Positions 28,391-38,151 of a stretch of DNA of 64,000 nucleotides are shown in pieces. Under the pieces are notes generated by a model. It searched no databases and was not told the origin of the DNA. It saw only the letters and a program-made list of their open reading frames with translations. The DNA comes from an uncultured Spirochaetota bacterium (GTDB lineage: Bacteria > Spirochaetota > Spirochaetia > SZUA-6 > Fen-1364). The position numbers and the translations under genes are program-made. The stretch is from NCBI GenBank assembly GCA_963781885.1, contig CAWAHW010000006.1, forward strand, positions 224,001-288,000, given 5' to 3'. Each line of letters starts with the position of its first letter. The first letter of the stretch is position 1.

Positions 28391-29758
28391 GTGCCCGACC
28401 GCATCAACGACGTGCGTCCTTTCCGCGCGCTGCACTACGACCCGAGCGTCGTGCCGGACCTCGGCCTGTGCCTCTCCCAGCCCTACGACGTGATATCCCC
28501 CGCCCAGCAGGACGCCTACTACGCGCAGCACCCCTGCAACGTGATCAGGCTCATCCTCAACAAGGAGGAGCGGGACGACGCAGACTCCCACAACCGCTAC
28601 ACGCGGGCGCGCACTCTTCTTGCCCAGTGGCGTGCGAGCGGCGTCCTGCGCGCCACGGCACGGCCCTCGTTCTGGGTCTACGAGCAGGAGTTCGACCTGC
28701 CGGAGATCGGGCGCAAGAAGGTGAAGGGCTTCATCGGCCTGGTGCGCCTGCGCGACTATGCGGAGCGCCGCGTGCTGCCCCACGAGAAGGTGCTGAAGGG
28801 ACCGCTGGCGGACCGCATCCGGCTCACCGAGACGACGAATACGCAGTTCGAGTACATCTGGGGTCTCTACCAGGACAAGGCGTACGTGATCGACAATGTG
28901 CTGGACCGGCAGGAGAAGGAAGACGCCATCGTCGACTTCCGCGAGGAGCCGATCGGGGTCCGGCATCGCATGTGGCGGCTCACCGATCCCGCCCTCTGCG
29001 ACATCGTGCGGCGCACGATGGCACGGCTGAAGATCTACATCGCCGACGGCCACCATCGCTACCAGACCATGCTCACCATCCGCGACCAGATGCGGAAGCG
29101 TTTCCCCGACGCCGGACCCGATGCGCCGTGGGAGTTCATCATGATGTTCCTGGTCAACTCGGAGCACGAGGGGCTCACGATCCTCCCGACGCATCGCATG
29201 CTCCACGGCATCCAGGTGGAAAGCATCTTCAAGCTGGGCGCCGACATCCTGGAGCATTTCCACGTGAAGAAATACGTCTTCCGCGACGGGGACGAGGGGG
29301 AGATCCGCCGGCGCTGGCTGCGCGACCTGCGCGACGTCGGGCCGGGCGAGCACACCTTCGGCGCCTACATCACGAACACGAACGGCTACTACCTGCTCAC
29401 GCTCCGCGACGAGGAGGCCTATGAGGAGCTCGTACGGCTGGACACGTCGTCGGAATGGAAGCTGCTCGACGTGAACATCCTCAACACGCTCATCCTCGAA
29501 CAGATCCTCGGCATCACGGAGGAGCAGCTGAGCCTCTCCACGAGCATTGCCTATACGAAGGACGTCGACGAGGCGCTGGCCAAGGTGCGGTCCGGCGAGA
29601 TGCAGGTCGCGCTCATCCTCAACCCCACGGCGCTCCGCGACGTGATCACCATCGCGGAGAACGACGAGAAGATGCCGCGGAAGTCCACCCACTTCTATCC
29701 CAAGCCCGTTTCCGGACTGGTTTTCTATCCCATGGATCCGGAGTTCCACGCGGTCTAA
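28391..29758 (+). CDS. DUF1015 family protein
   Basis: PFRAL, PYDVIS, PHEKV, IADGHHRY, ILPTHR, MPRKSTHFYPKP; promoter TTGACC-17-TACTGT and AAGGAG SD. Confidence 0.93.
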   Translation: MPDRINDVRPFRALHYDPSVVPDLGLCLSQPYDVISPAQQDAYYAQHPCNVIRLILNKEERDDADSHNRYTRARTLLAQWRASGVLRATARPSFWVYEQEFDLPEIGRKKVKGFIGLVRLRDYAERRVLPHEKVLKGPLADRIRLTETTNTQFEYIWGLYQDKAYVIDNVLDRQEKEDAIVDFREEPIGVRHRMWRLTDPALCDIVRRTMARLKIYIADGHHRYQTMLTIRDQMRKRFPDAGPDAPWEFIMMFLVNSEHEGLTILPTHRMLHGIQVESIFKLGADILEHFHVKKYVFRDGDEGEIRRRWLRDLRDVGPGEHTFGAYITNTNGYYLLTLRDEEAYEELVRLDTSSEWKLLDVNILNTLILEQILGITEEQLSLSTSIAYTKDVDEALAKVRSGEMQVALILNPTALRDVITIAENDEKMPRKSTHFYPKPVSGLVFYPMDPEFHAV

Positions 29759-29823
29759 CAGGGGGCGGCGGCGCGTCTTTCAATTCTTGGCAAGACCCCT
29801 TCGGCAGAGTATACTCGTTCGCT

Positions 29824-30882
29824 ATGAGCAGCGGACTTGTCGACGAGCTTCAGGAAGTGCCGCTTGATCGGGAAAACCAGGACCTGAAAGAGATCCTGGA
29901 GATCGCCTTCCAGATCACTGCCCAGCTCGAGATCGAAAACGTCATCAAGAACGTCGTCTGGAGCTTCGTGTCCAAGTACCAGATCGAAACGGCGACATTT
30001 GCCCTGCCCGGTGAGATGGATGAGAGCGCCGTGCAGGTCATCTCCTACAAGGGGGTGAAGAAGGAGGACCTCGGTTTCTCCCTCCCGACCCTCCAGCCGG
30101 TGTTCGCGTTCCTGGACAAGGACGAATACAGCCAGATCCCCTTCTCCTACTTCCGGGAGAACTTTCCCGACAAGGACGTCGCGGACAGCATGGCGAAGCT
30201 CGGCACCGAGGTGATCGTGCCGCTGCGCACCGACAAGGGATCGATGGGCATCCTCCTGCTCCCCCGCATGGGCACGGGGCAGGCCTACGGTCTTTCCGAG
30301 GTGCAGTACATCACGCGGATCGTGCGGTTCGCGTCGATCGCCATAGAGAACGCCAGTCTCTTCCGCCAGGCCACCACGGACCGCATGACCGGCCTTTTCT
30401 CCCATCACTTCTTCGAAAAGACCCTCGACGAGGAGCTGGAGCGCGCGCGGCGGTACAAATCGACATTCTCACTCGTCATGTTCGACATCGACCATTTCAA
30501 GATATTCAACGACACCTACGGCCACCTCCAGGGTGACAGGATCATCCGCGAGATCTCACGCCTGCTGTGCAAGTCCATCCGGCAGGTGGATTTTCCCGCC
30601 CGCTACGGCGGGGAAGAGTTCGCCGTGATCCTGCCCGCCGTCGACACGAAGGGCGCCCTTGTCGTGGCCGAGCGCCTGCGCAAGCGGGTGGAAGGATTCG
30701 CTTTCCCCAGCTCGGACGGCGGAGCGTCCCTCCACGTCACGATATCGGTGGGGGTCACGGAGTTCGATCCCGAATCCGCGTACGCCCCCTCGGAGATCAT
30801 CCGCGAAGCCGACCGCGCGCTGTACCAATCGAAGGAAAATGGCAGGAACAGGGTCACCATCGGCAACCCCCGCTCTGCCTGA
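29824..30882 (+). CDS. GAF-like sensor diguanylate cyclase
   Basis: DIDHFKIFND, RQVD (I-site RxxD), RYGGEEF; promoter TTGGCA-17-TATACT 8 nt before ATG. Confidence 0.93.
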   Translation: MSSGLVDELQEVPLDRENQDLKEILEIAFQITAQLEIENVIKNVVWSFVSKYQIETATFALPGEMDESAVQVISYKGVKKEDLGFSLPTLQPVFAFLDKDEYSQIPFSYFRENFPDKDVADSMAKLGTEVIVPLRTDKGSMGILLLPRMGTGQAYGLSEVQYITRIVRFASIAIENASLFRQATTDRMTGLFSHHFFEKTLDEELERARRYKSTFSLVMFDIDHFKIFNDTYGHLQGDRIIREISRLLCKSIRQVDFPARYGGEEFAVILPAVDTKGALVVAERLRKRVEGFAFPSSDGGASLHVTISVGVTEFDPESAYAPSEIIREADRALYQSKENGRNRVTIGNPRSA

Positions 30883-30900
30883 CCGAAGCAAGGAGCTCCC

Positions 30901-32865
30901 GTGGTCATAGTGCTCGAGCGCACGATCCAGGACCAGGACAAGGCCCGCATCCGGGACTTTCTCGTCTCGCGCGGCTACACGATCCGCGAGATCGTCGGCG
31001 AGGAGGAAACGATACTCGGCGCCGTGGGCAAGGGCAGCGTCGACCTCCGTGAGGTCGAGATGCTCGCCGGCGTCGCCCGCGTCATCCCGATCAGCTCCCC
31101 GTACAAGCTGGCGTCGCGCGAGTTCCGACGCGACGACACGATCATCAGCCTGGGCGACCCGGCGCACCCGGTGCGCGTCGGTGGGCTTCGCATCGTTGTG
31201 ATCGCGGGGCCCTGCGCGGTGGAGTCCCGCGCGCAGACGATGGAGATTGCGGCGCTCGTGCGGGAGTCCGGGGCCGTGCTCTTCCGCGGCGGCGCGTGGA
31301 AGCCGCGCACCTCCCCTTACGCCTTCCAGGGTCTCGGCGAGGAGGCCCTGGCCTACCTCAAGGAGGCCGGGGAGGCGGAGGGCATGCCGGTCGTGTCGGA
31401 GATCGTCTCCCCCGAGCACGCCGACCTCATGAAGGACTACGTCGACATATTGCAGATCGGCGCGCGCAATATGCAGAACTTCGAGCTGCTGAAACGCGTC
31501 GGCAGCATGGGAAAGCCCGTGCTGCTCAAGCGCGGCCTTGCCGCGACCATCCAGGACCTCCTCATGTCCGCGGAATACCTTCTGGCGGCGGGCACGGACA
31601 ACGTCATCCTCTGCGAGCGGGGGATCCGCACCTTCGAGACCTCCACGCGCAACACGCTCGACCTTTCCGCCATCCCGGTGGTGAAGAAGCTCAGCCATCT
31701 TCCCATGATCGTCGATCCCAGCCACGGCACGGGCATCCGCGCAAAGGTGAGCCCGATGGCGCTCGCGGCCGTGGCCGCCGGGGCGGACGGGATCACCGTG
31801 GAGGTGCACTCCGACCCTGAGAAGGCCCTGTCCGACGGGCCGCAGTCGCTGTATCCCGACCAGTTCGAAAAGCTCATGCGCGATATCGAGGCCCTTGCGC
31901 CCGTTCTGGGCAAGGAGCTCGCGCGCCTGCCCGCGGATGAGAAGACACAGTCTCATGCGACCCTGGCCGGCTTCCGGGGAAAAGGGAAGCCCGCGCGCGG
32001 CGCGGCGGCAAAGGGCGCGCCCGCCGCCGTGGTCACGGTGGCGTTTCAAGGCGAGCGCGGGGCTTTCGGGGAGCACGCCATCCGGCACTGGTTTGCCGCC
32101 GAGGTGGAGGCCCAGCCCGTGCCCGAGTTCCCGGCGGTCTTCGACGCGGTGCTGCAGGGCAGCGCACGCTACGGCATGATCCCCATCGAGAACTCGCTCA
32201 CCGGCTCCATCCACCAGAACTACGACTTGCTCCTCCAGTACCCGGACATCCGCATCGTGGGGGAGCAGAAGATCAGGATCGTGCACAATCTCATCGGGAT
32301 CGAAGGCACGCGTCTCGGCGACATCCGGCGCGTCTACTCCCATCCGCAGGGTCTTGCGCAGTGCGCGCGCTTTCTCGACACGCACCCCGAATGGGAGAAG
32401 GTGCCCTATTTCGACACTGCGGGATCCGTGCGTTTCGTCGCGGACGCCGGGTCGAAGGAGAACGCGGCAATCGCGAGCGAGGACGCGGCCGCCGTCTACG
32501 GGCTGGTCCTTCTGAAGCAGGGCATCGAGACGCACGTGCAGAATTACACGCGATTCTTCGTCATCGCGCGGGAAGAGCTCGATCTTCCGCCGGAGGCGCA
32601 CGCCCGGGGACCGATGAAGGCATCGCTGTGCTTCGCGGTCGCCGACCGGCCCGGGGCGCTGTTCCACGCGCTGAAGGTGCTTGCCGACCGGGGCCTCAAC
32701 ATGAAGAAACTGGAGTCGCGGCCCATCCATGGAAAGCCGTGGGAATATCAGTTCTACGTCGACGTGGACGTGCCGGATAACGCGCACGTCTTTTCCCAGG
32801 TCATGGAAGAGCTGAAAGCCGTGAGCGAGGACCTTCGCGTGCTGGGCACCTACCGGGGCTCGTGA
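30901..32865 (+). CDS. aroF: DAHP synthase (type I-beta) fused to prephenate dehydratase/ACT
   Basis: AGPCAVES, KPRTSPY, IGARNMQN, DPSHGTG; then FQGERGAF, PIENS, SHPQ, NYTRF, ESRP. Confidence 0.93.
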   Translation: MVIVLERTIQDQDKARIRDFLVSRGYTIREIVGEEETILGAVGKGSVDLREVEMLAGVARVIPISSPYKLASREFRRDDTIISLGDPAHPVRVGGLRIVVIAGPCAVESRAQTMEIAALVRESGAVLFRGGAWKPRTSPYAFQGLGEEALAYLKEAGEAEGMPVVSEIVSPEHADLMKDYVDILQIGARNMQNFELLKRVGSMGKPVLLKRGLAATIQDLLMSAEYLLAAGTDNVILCERGIRTFETSTRNTLDLSAIPVVKKLSHLPMIVDPSHGTGIRAKVSPMALAAVAAGADGITVEVHSDPEKALSDGPQSLYPDQFEKLMRDIEALAPVLGKELARLPADEKTQSHATLAGFRGKGKPARGAAAKGAPAAVVTVAFQGERGAFGEHAIRHWFAAEVEAQPVPEFPAVFDAVLQGSARYGMIPIENSLTGSIHQNYDLLLQYPDIRIVGEQKIRIVHNLIGIEGTRLGDIRRVYSHPQGLAQCARFLDTHPEWEKVPYFDTAGSVRFVADAGSKENAAIASEDAAAVYGLVLLKQGIETHVQNYTRFFVIAREELDLPPEAHARGPMKASLCFAVADRPGALFHALKVLADRGLNMKKLESRPIHGKPWEYQFYVDVDVPDNAHVFSQVMEELKAVSEDLRVLGTYRGS

Positions 32866-32914
32866 CGCCGCGGCTCGCGCCTCGGAACGCCGTCCCGCTT
32901 CGTCCGTGTGCGGC

Positions 32915-33532
32915 TTACGGCGCCGGCCGGCGCGCAATATTCGCCAGTATCCTGCGATAGATCGTCGTGAACCTTTCGATGCGGCGGAGCTTCAGGCGCG
33001 CATCGGCCATCCAGACGCTTTTTGCATGTTCCTCGACCACCCGCGTGAAATAGCCGTGCGCCGCCCGCAGGTAGGCAAGGCTCGCGGCAATGTCCTCCGC
33101 GGCGCTGTAGCGTTTCGCGTGCCGCTCGATCCGGCCGGCCGCCAGCCTCCTGTTGATTTCCGCCACACCGTGTATTGCCAGGGAGAAGTTGATGAAGCCC
33201 TGCTTGTAATAGGCGTAGGCATGGTCGCGGTGGAGACCGAGGGCATTGGCAGGGACGGCGGGGGGTGCCGCTTCCGTGGCCGGGGGAGCGTGCGGCGCAG
33301 GCTCGGCGGCCGTGGACCGCGGCACGCGAGCGTCCGCGGGCGTGGTGGAGGCCATGAGCGCGTAGTAGGCCTCCGTGAGCGTCATCGTTGCCAGCTCCTG
33401 GAGCGTCTTTTTCTCGCGCGGGAAGCGATCGGGGTGATTCTCCATCACGAGCCGCCGATAGGCGCGCCGGATATCCTCCCGCGTGGCCGCGCTCCCCACA
33501 CCGAGTATCTCGCGGAAGTATCCGTCACCCAT
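32915..33532 (-). CDS. J-domain (DnaJ-like) protein
   Basis: ILGV...IRRAYRRLVMENHPD; Pro/Ala linker; helical C-terminus. Confidence 0.82.
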   Translation of the reverse strand: MGDGYFREILGVGSAATREDIRRAYRRLVMENHPDRFPREKKTLQELATMTLTEAYYALMASTTPADARVPRSTAAEPAPHAPPATEAAPPAVPANALGLHRDHAYAYYKQGFINFSLAIHGVAEINRRLAAGRIERHAKRYSAAEDIAASLAYLRAAHGYFTRVVEEHAKSVWMADARLKLRRIERFTTIYRRILANIARRPAP

Positions 33533-33556
33533 CGCTGCCGTCCGGCGGTGCGCCTT

Positions 33557-34918
33557 CTACGAGGCGGTATAGTCGTGTCGTCTCTGGTTGGCCTTGATGA
33601 TGCTGTTCTTCAGCGTCAGGAGCTCGATCTTGATCCCGCGCGCCGTCTTCTTCTCCTGCATGAGCCGGGCCTGGAACATCGTGTTGAGACAGCCCAGCCG
33701 CCTGTGGATGAGGAGCAGGTCATTCAGCTGCTTGTCGACAAATGTCGCAAGCTGTTCCTCGCCCGTTGAGGCGAGCCTGCGCACCGCGGGGCCGGACCCC
33801 GACATGAGGGCCGCAAGGAGGCTGGCCTTCTTTGCCACCTCCGCGGAGAATGCGGTGAAATCGATGACCTCCACCTTCGGGGCAGCAACGCCCGGCTCGG
33901 CGTACTGCACCTTGTAGGAGCGGTCGTCCGTCGGCGCCGAGGCACCGCCGCCGAAGATGCGCTTCAGCCACCCGCCCGACGCGCCGCGCGACTCGTGCAG
34001 GAGGCGCTCGTTCTCCTCCAGAATGGCGATCGCCGTGGCGAGATCCTCGTGGGGACGGCTCAGGAGGCGTATGGCCTCCATCAGCACGGAACGTCCGTCC
34101 TGCGCGACGACGGTCTTGGGCTTTTCCGCTTCCGCCACGGCGAGCGAGGCGAGGATCTTCTCCTTGCGCTCGCCGCTGTCCGGCGCAAGCTCGTCATCGG
34201 CCATCTCCTCCGCAAGCGTCGGGTACCAGGGTTTCCCCGTCACTTTCTGCGCGAAGCTTCGGCGGATCTCCTTCACCAGATCCTCCTTCTTCACGCGCGT
34301 CTCACCGTTCGTTGAGAGGGGCGAAAGGAACCGGCGGATCCCCGCCTTCCACGATTCGCGGCTGTACGAGATGAGGTCGGCGAGCACGGCGCGAATGGCG
34401 TGCGTGGTCCGCACGAGCTGCATCTCGGAGTCCTTCAGGATCTGGGAGGCCATCGTATCCTGGCCCATGCGGACCTTCATGAATGCCTTTGCAAAGGCGC
34501 GCGTCGTCGGGCTCTTCGAGCCTTCGCCCAGCTCCAGCCAGTTGATGTAGGCGATCAGCGCCGAGATCTTCTTCAGCCGACCGAGGCCCAGCGACTCAAG
34601 GTCGATGGGATACTCCGTGGAGACGTAGCGGAGCTGCCGGCGATAGGCGGACAGGCGATAGCTCACCTCGTCGGAGTTCTCGAAATCCGGCAGCGTCTCG
34701 TCCTTGGGAAGGGTGATGTCGGTGAATGTCTGCTCGTAGTTGTAGGGGTCCTCGCGCAGGAGGCCTTTGCGGATGATCATCGCCACGACGCCTTCGAACA
34801 GGGACTCGAAGGCGGTGAGCAGATCCTTCAGCTTCGGAATCTGGACCGTTTCCAGCCAATTCCTTCGTTTTTCCAGCGCGTCATCCAACAGCGTCTGGTA
34901 GTCGGGCGATCCTTCCAT
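33557..34918 (-). CDS. conserved hypothetical alpha-helical protein
   Basis: 453-aa ORF with strong GC3 bias; promoter TTGCGT-17-TATAAT 8 nt before ATG. Confidence 0.8.
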   Translation of the reverse strand: MEGSPDYQTLLDDALEKRRNWLETVQIPKLKDLLTAFESLFEGVVAMIIRKGLLREDPYNYEQTFTDITLPKDETLPDFENSDEVSYRLSAYRRQLRYVSTEYPIDLESLGLGRLKKISALIAYINWLELGEGSKSPTTRAFAKAFMKVRMGQDTMASQILKDSEMQLVRTTHAIRAVLADLISYSRESWKAGIRRFLSPLSTNGETRVKKEDLVKEIRRSFAQKVTGKPWYPTLAEEMADDELAPDSGERKEKILASLAVAEAEKPKTVVAQDGRSVLMEAIRLLSRPHEDLATAIAILEENERLLHESRGASGGWLKRIFGGGASAPTDDRSYKVQYAEPGVAAPKVEVIDFTAFSAEVAKKASLLAALMSGSGPAVRRLASTGEEQLATFVDKQLNDLLLIHRRLGCLNTMFQARLMQEKKTARGIKIELLTLKNSIIKANQRRHDYTAS

Positions 34919-34983
34919 CGGTCCGGATTATACGGTAAACTCATCCTGGACGCAACGTTACAGGCCGCGGAAAAGCGCATCCA

Positions 34984-35544
34984 ATGGCACGCGCGGGAGC
35001 ATTCATACCGGAGAAGCTCGTCGTCGGCATCCTCTCCTCACGCCCGGGGAAGGACGCCGAGCTCCTTTCCTGCCTCACCCGGCGGTGGGGGCCCATCGAC
35101 TGCCGCTCGGCGCCCGTGGAGTTCACCTTCACCCACTATTACGACGAGGAGATGGGGCTTCCCATCGCGCGCTTCTTTCTCAGCTTCCGGCAACTGGTGG
35201 ACCCGTCGCTCCTGGCGCGCATCAAGCAGGAGACCAATGAGCTGGAGGAGTCCTTCCGGGAGGACGGCCGGCGCAAGGTGAACCTCGACCCCGGCCTCAT
35301 GGCGCTGTCGCGCTTCTCTCTGGCCACCACGAAGGAGAGCGCGCACCGGATTCCGCTCGACGCCGGCATCTATGCCGAGATCACGCTCCTGTACAGGCAC
35401 GGGAGCTTCCAACCGTTGGAGTGGACATATCCCGACTTTCGCTCCGCGCGCACCATCCGGCTTCTCAACGAGATACGGGCGCTGTACAAAGCCCAGCTCG
35501 GCTCACCGGCATCGTCGGAGCCCGGTGACGCGGTTCCCGGCTGA
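34984..35544 (+). CDS. DUF4416 family protein
   Basis: FTFTHYYDEEMG, IKQETNELE, RKVNLDPG, LATTK..HRI, WTYPD. Confidence 0.9.
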   Translation: MARAGAFIPEKLVVGILSSRPGKDAELLSCLTRRWGPIDCRSAPVEFTFTHYYDEEMGLPIARFFLSFRQLVDPSLLARIKQETNELEESFREDGRRKVNLDPGLMALSRFSLATTKESAHRIPLDAGIYAEITLLYRHGSFQPLEWTYPDFRSARTIRLLNEIRALYKAQLGSPASSEPGDAVPG

Positions 35545-35553
35545 ACGCGGGCT

Positions 35554-35961
35554 TCAGTGGCCCTGGTGCCTTTTCAGAGCCTTCTGCCGCGCAATCTCCC
35601 GACGCCGGAGCCTTTCGGCGTCACGTGTCTCCCGGCTTTCTTCACGGGAGCGCGATGCCTGCGCTTCCCGCTGTCGGGAGAGCGCGTCTTGTGAGCGCGT
35701 GGAGACGCCCCGCGCCGCGATTGCGCGGGCAGCCTCGCGGGCCAGGCGTTTCGGATTGGAGCACGCCTTCGTCGCCTCGACGGGCACCACGGGCTCTGCG
35801 CCCAGGAGGATGCCCTGGTCGATGGACCGCACGAAAGCAAGCACCTCACGGTCCCGCGGCTCGGCGCCGAAGACGTGGCGATGCACGCGCAGACCGCCGG
35901 CGCACTCCTCTTCCAGGATACCGACCCAGAACTGGCCGTCGAACAGCACTGTCAGGCACAT
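35554..35961 (-). CDS. yjdF: YjdF family protein (DUF2992)
   Basis: LTVLFDGQFWVG, FGAEP, NPKR, STRSQDAL, C-terminal KRHQGH. Confidence 0.92.
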   Translation of the reverse strand: MCLTVLFDGQFWVGILEEECAGGLRVHRHVFGAEPRDREVLAFVRSIDQGILLGAEPVVPVEATKACSNPKRLAREAARAIAARGVSTRSQDALSRQREAQASRSREESRETRDAERLRRREIARQKALKRHQGH

Positions 35962-35990
35962 TGCTCCCTCCCCAGTCGATGTGAGCCCGG

Positions 35991-36081
35991 CGCGCGCAGG
36001 ACATCCTGGGAAGGAAGGTTACTGACGCAGGCAGGGGGCCTGCGCAGCCGGACTACCGGCCGGCTCGTGTTTTTGCGCGCG
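35991..36081 (-). ncRNA. yjdF (azaaromatic) riboswitch
   Basis: Minus strand reads AAAAACACGAGCCGGCCGGTAGTCCGGC...GTCAGTAACCTTCCTTCCCAGGATGTCC, matching the conserved yjdF blocks; closed by a CGCGCGCA/TGCGCGCG stem; directly upstream of yjdF. Confidence 0.92.
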
Positions 36082-36159
36082 TGGCGTTGAACACGTCGAC
36101 GATAGAAGGAAGGCCGACTCGGGTCAAGCACCGGAATCGCGCCGCCCGTTTCCCTTTGC

Positions 36160-36930
36160 ATGAGGATGATTGCGGCCGCCGCCCTTGTCCTCTGCCTGGG
36201 TGCCTGCTCGTTGTTCGACCCCGAGGCGGAGGTGACGGTGCTGCTCCCCCCGCCACCGGCGCACTGGAGCACGGCATTCCCCCGGCTGCGCTTCCTCATC
36301 GTCTGGCCGGACGATGAGGGGCGACTGCAGACGGCAAACGCGGAGCCGGGCCAATCGCAGGTCGCGATCCTCTGTGCGAAAGCGGGCAACACGCCGGTCC
36401 TTGCTTTTCCGCTGATCACAGGTCAGGAGGACGAAAGTGAGCTTCCTGTCCCTCTTCGACCGGCGGGCGGGCTTTTCCCGTCGTCCTGCGCCGATGAAGG
36501 CAACGGCCAGCTGCTCTCCCTCTCGTGGCAGGACGGCCCGATTGCAACGGTGCTCCAAAGGCTCGTGGCGGCAGGTCTTGACGCATCACGCGTGAACGCG
36601 GGCAGGCTCGCGGAGTACTTCGCCCGGCAGGCGGACCGCTGGGACCTCGATCTGGACGCCATTGCCGACAAGATCGCTCACGGCGATTTCTCCGCCTACG
36701 ACATCGACCTTCTGCCCCGGCGCAGCCTCTGCATCGACCTTGAGCCCGGAGCTTGGTTCCTGGAGAGCCCGTTTCGCCCCGCTTTGAGGACAGGGGATGA
36801 CGGGAGGCTGCAGCTTGCGGACGTCTCGCTCGGGATGCACGCGCTTTTTTCGACGCAGGGTGACGTCGTCAGCTTCAGCGTCGGCGCGCACGATCTGGTC
36901 GTGACGAGCGGCAGGGACAATAGACCGTGA
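36160..36930 (+). CDS. hypothetical lipoprotein
   Basis: Lipobox LGAC after a hydrophobic signal; 256 aa. Confidence 0.72.
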   Translation: MRMIAAAALVLCLGACSLFDPEAEVTVLLPPPPAHWSTAFPRLRFLIVWPDDEGRLQTANAEPGQSQVAILCAKAGNTPVLAFPLITGQEDESELPVPLRPAGGLFPSSCADEGNGQLLSLSWQDGPIATVLQRLVAAGLDASRVNAGRLAEYFARQADRWDLDLDAIADKIAHGDFSAYDIDLLPRRSLCIDLEPGAWFLESPFRPALRTGDDGRLQLADVSLGMHALFSTQGDVVSFSVGAHDLVVTSGRDNRP

Positions 36931-36990
36931 GCGGGGATCGCTTCCACGCGATCGAATTGCAGCATCCGGTGTTGCGGGGGGAAATAAAAA

Positions 36991-38151
36991 TCAGGGGATC
37001 CGGATGATGCGTGCGTGCGTGAGCGTCCGCGCCCCCGTGGGGGTGATGAGCACGTCGTTTTCCCAGCGCACGCCGCCGTTGTCGGGATGGTAGAGGCCCG
37101 GCTCGATCGTAAAGACCATGCCCGGGAGGAATGCGGGGTCGGGATTGTCGCCCTGGCTTCGCACGGCGGGAGACTCGTGCACGTCCAGACCCAGCCCGTG
37201 GCCCAGGCCATGGGGCATCGTCCAGCCCGCGGCGGCGAATATCCGGTCCACCTTCTGCGCCACTTCCTGCGGGGAGACGCCGGGCCCCAGGCCCTCCATC
37301 GCCGCGCCGTACGCGTCCTGCACGAGTCCGATCATCAGCTCCTGCGTGGGTGAAAGCCTGCCCCGCGCGATCGTCAGGGTGACGTCGCTCGTGTAGCCGT
37401 CCACTTTCACGCCGAAGTCCAGGATGGAAAGCCCTGGCGCCGCGAAGGGGCCGGCCGAGCAGGAGGGGAAGGCGTGGATGGCCCAGCTGCGGCCCGGCCC
37501 GGCGGCAAGCGTCTCGAAGCCGATCCCCTCGGCGCCGCGTGCCACCGCCTCGCGCTCGATGAGCTGCGCCATGTCGATTTCGCGCACGTCGTCGGCGCCC
37601 CCGGGAACAGAAAGCGTCTCCGCGATCCGCTCGATGACCGCATCCGTGATGCCCGCGGCCTTTTCGATGGCAGCGATCTCCACGGCATCCTTGATCTGCC
37701 GCGCCCTGCTGATGAACTGCTCGTAGCCGTCCGTGCGGAGCAGGATCTGCACCCCGGGCAGGTCTTCGCTGATCTCCTTCCACCGCAGCCAGGAGGTGCG
37801 GGAGGGCAGCTCGCAGCTCCTGCCGGGGGCGTCGTCAATGCCGTTCTGTCTGAGGACCGTGGTGAGAAGCTCGCGCCAGGACCGGCGGAACGTCGCATAC
37901 GGGATGATCTGGTCCACCACGCCGTGCTCTTCCGCCATGTGCACGTCCCACGGCACGAGCACGCTTTTGCCGGATGCGAAGACGAGCAGGCACCCGTCCA
38001 TGGGATGCCCGCAGAGCCATCGCATGCTGGTCGAGCGCTGGTTCTCCCAGTCGTCGATCGCACAGGCATGGATGCCGGCCGCGGCGAGCCACGACGCAAG
38101 CTTCGCCTGCCGCGCGCGCAGGGTGGCCGCTGTCGCCTCAGAGGGCCGCAA
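36991..38151 (-). CDS. Xaa-Pro aminopeptidase (M24B)
   Basis: RQIKD..EI, DFG...[34 protein letters not shown]; TTG start overlaps the leuS stop. Confidence 0.92.
   Translation of the reverse strand: MRPSEATAATLRARQAKLASWLAAAGIHACAIDDWENQRSTSMRWLCGHPMDGCLLVFASGKSVLVPWDVHMAEEHGVVDQIIPYATFRRSWRELLTTVLRQNGIDDAPGRSCELPSRTSWLRWKEISEDLPGVQILLRTDGYEQFISRARQIKDAVEIAAIEKAAGITDAVIERIAETLSVPGGADDVREIDMAQLIEREAVARGAEGIGFETLAAGPGRSWAIHAFPSCSAGPFAAPGLSILDFGVKVDGYTSDVTLTIARGRLSPTQELMIGLVQDAYGAAMEGLGPGVSPQEVAQKVDRIFAAAGWTMPHGLGHGLGLDVHESPAVRSQGDNPDPAFLPGMVFTIEPGLYHPDNGGVRWENDVLITPTGARTLTHARIIRIP

Noticed and set aside
28073-29749. 1040-aa ORF read as a long radical SAM protein
   Set aside because: The upstream part is antisense to DUF1015 and runs through the tandem repeat.
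37407-38137. C-terminal extension of LeuRS (1077-aa ORF)
   Set aside because: It is produced by the frameshift at about 38394; the true C-terminus ends at 38138 and this region encodes the M24 peptidase in another frame.
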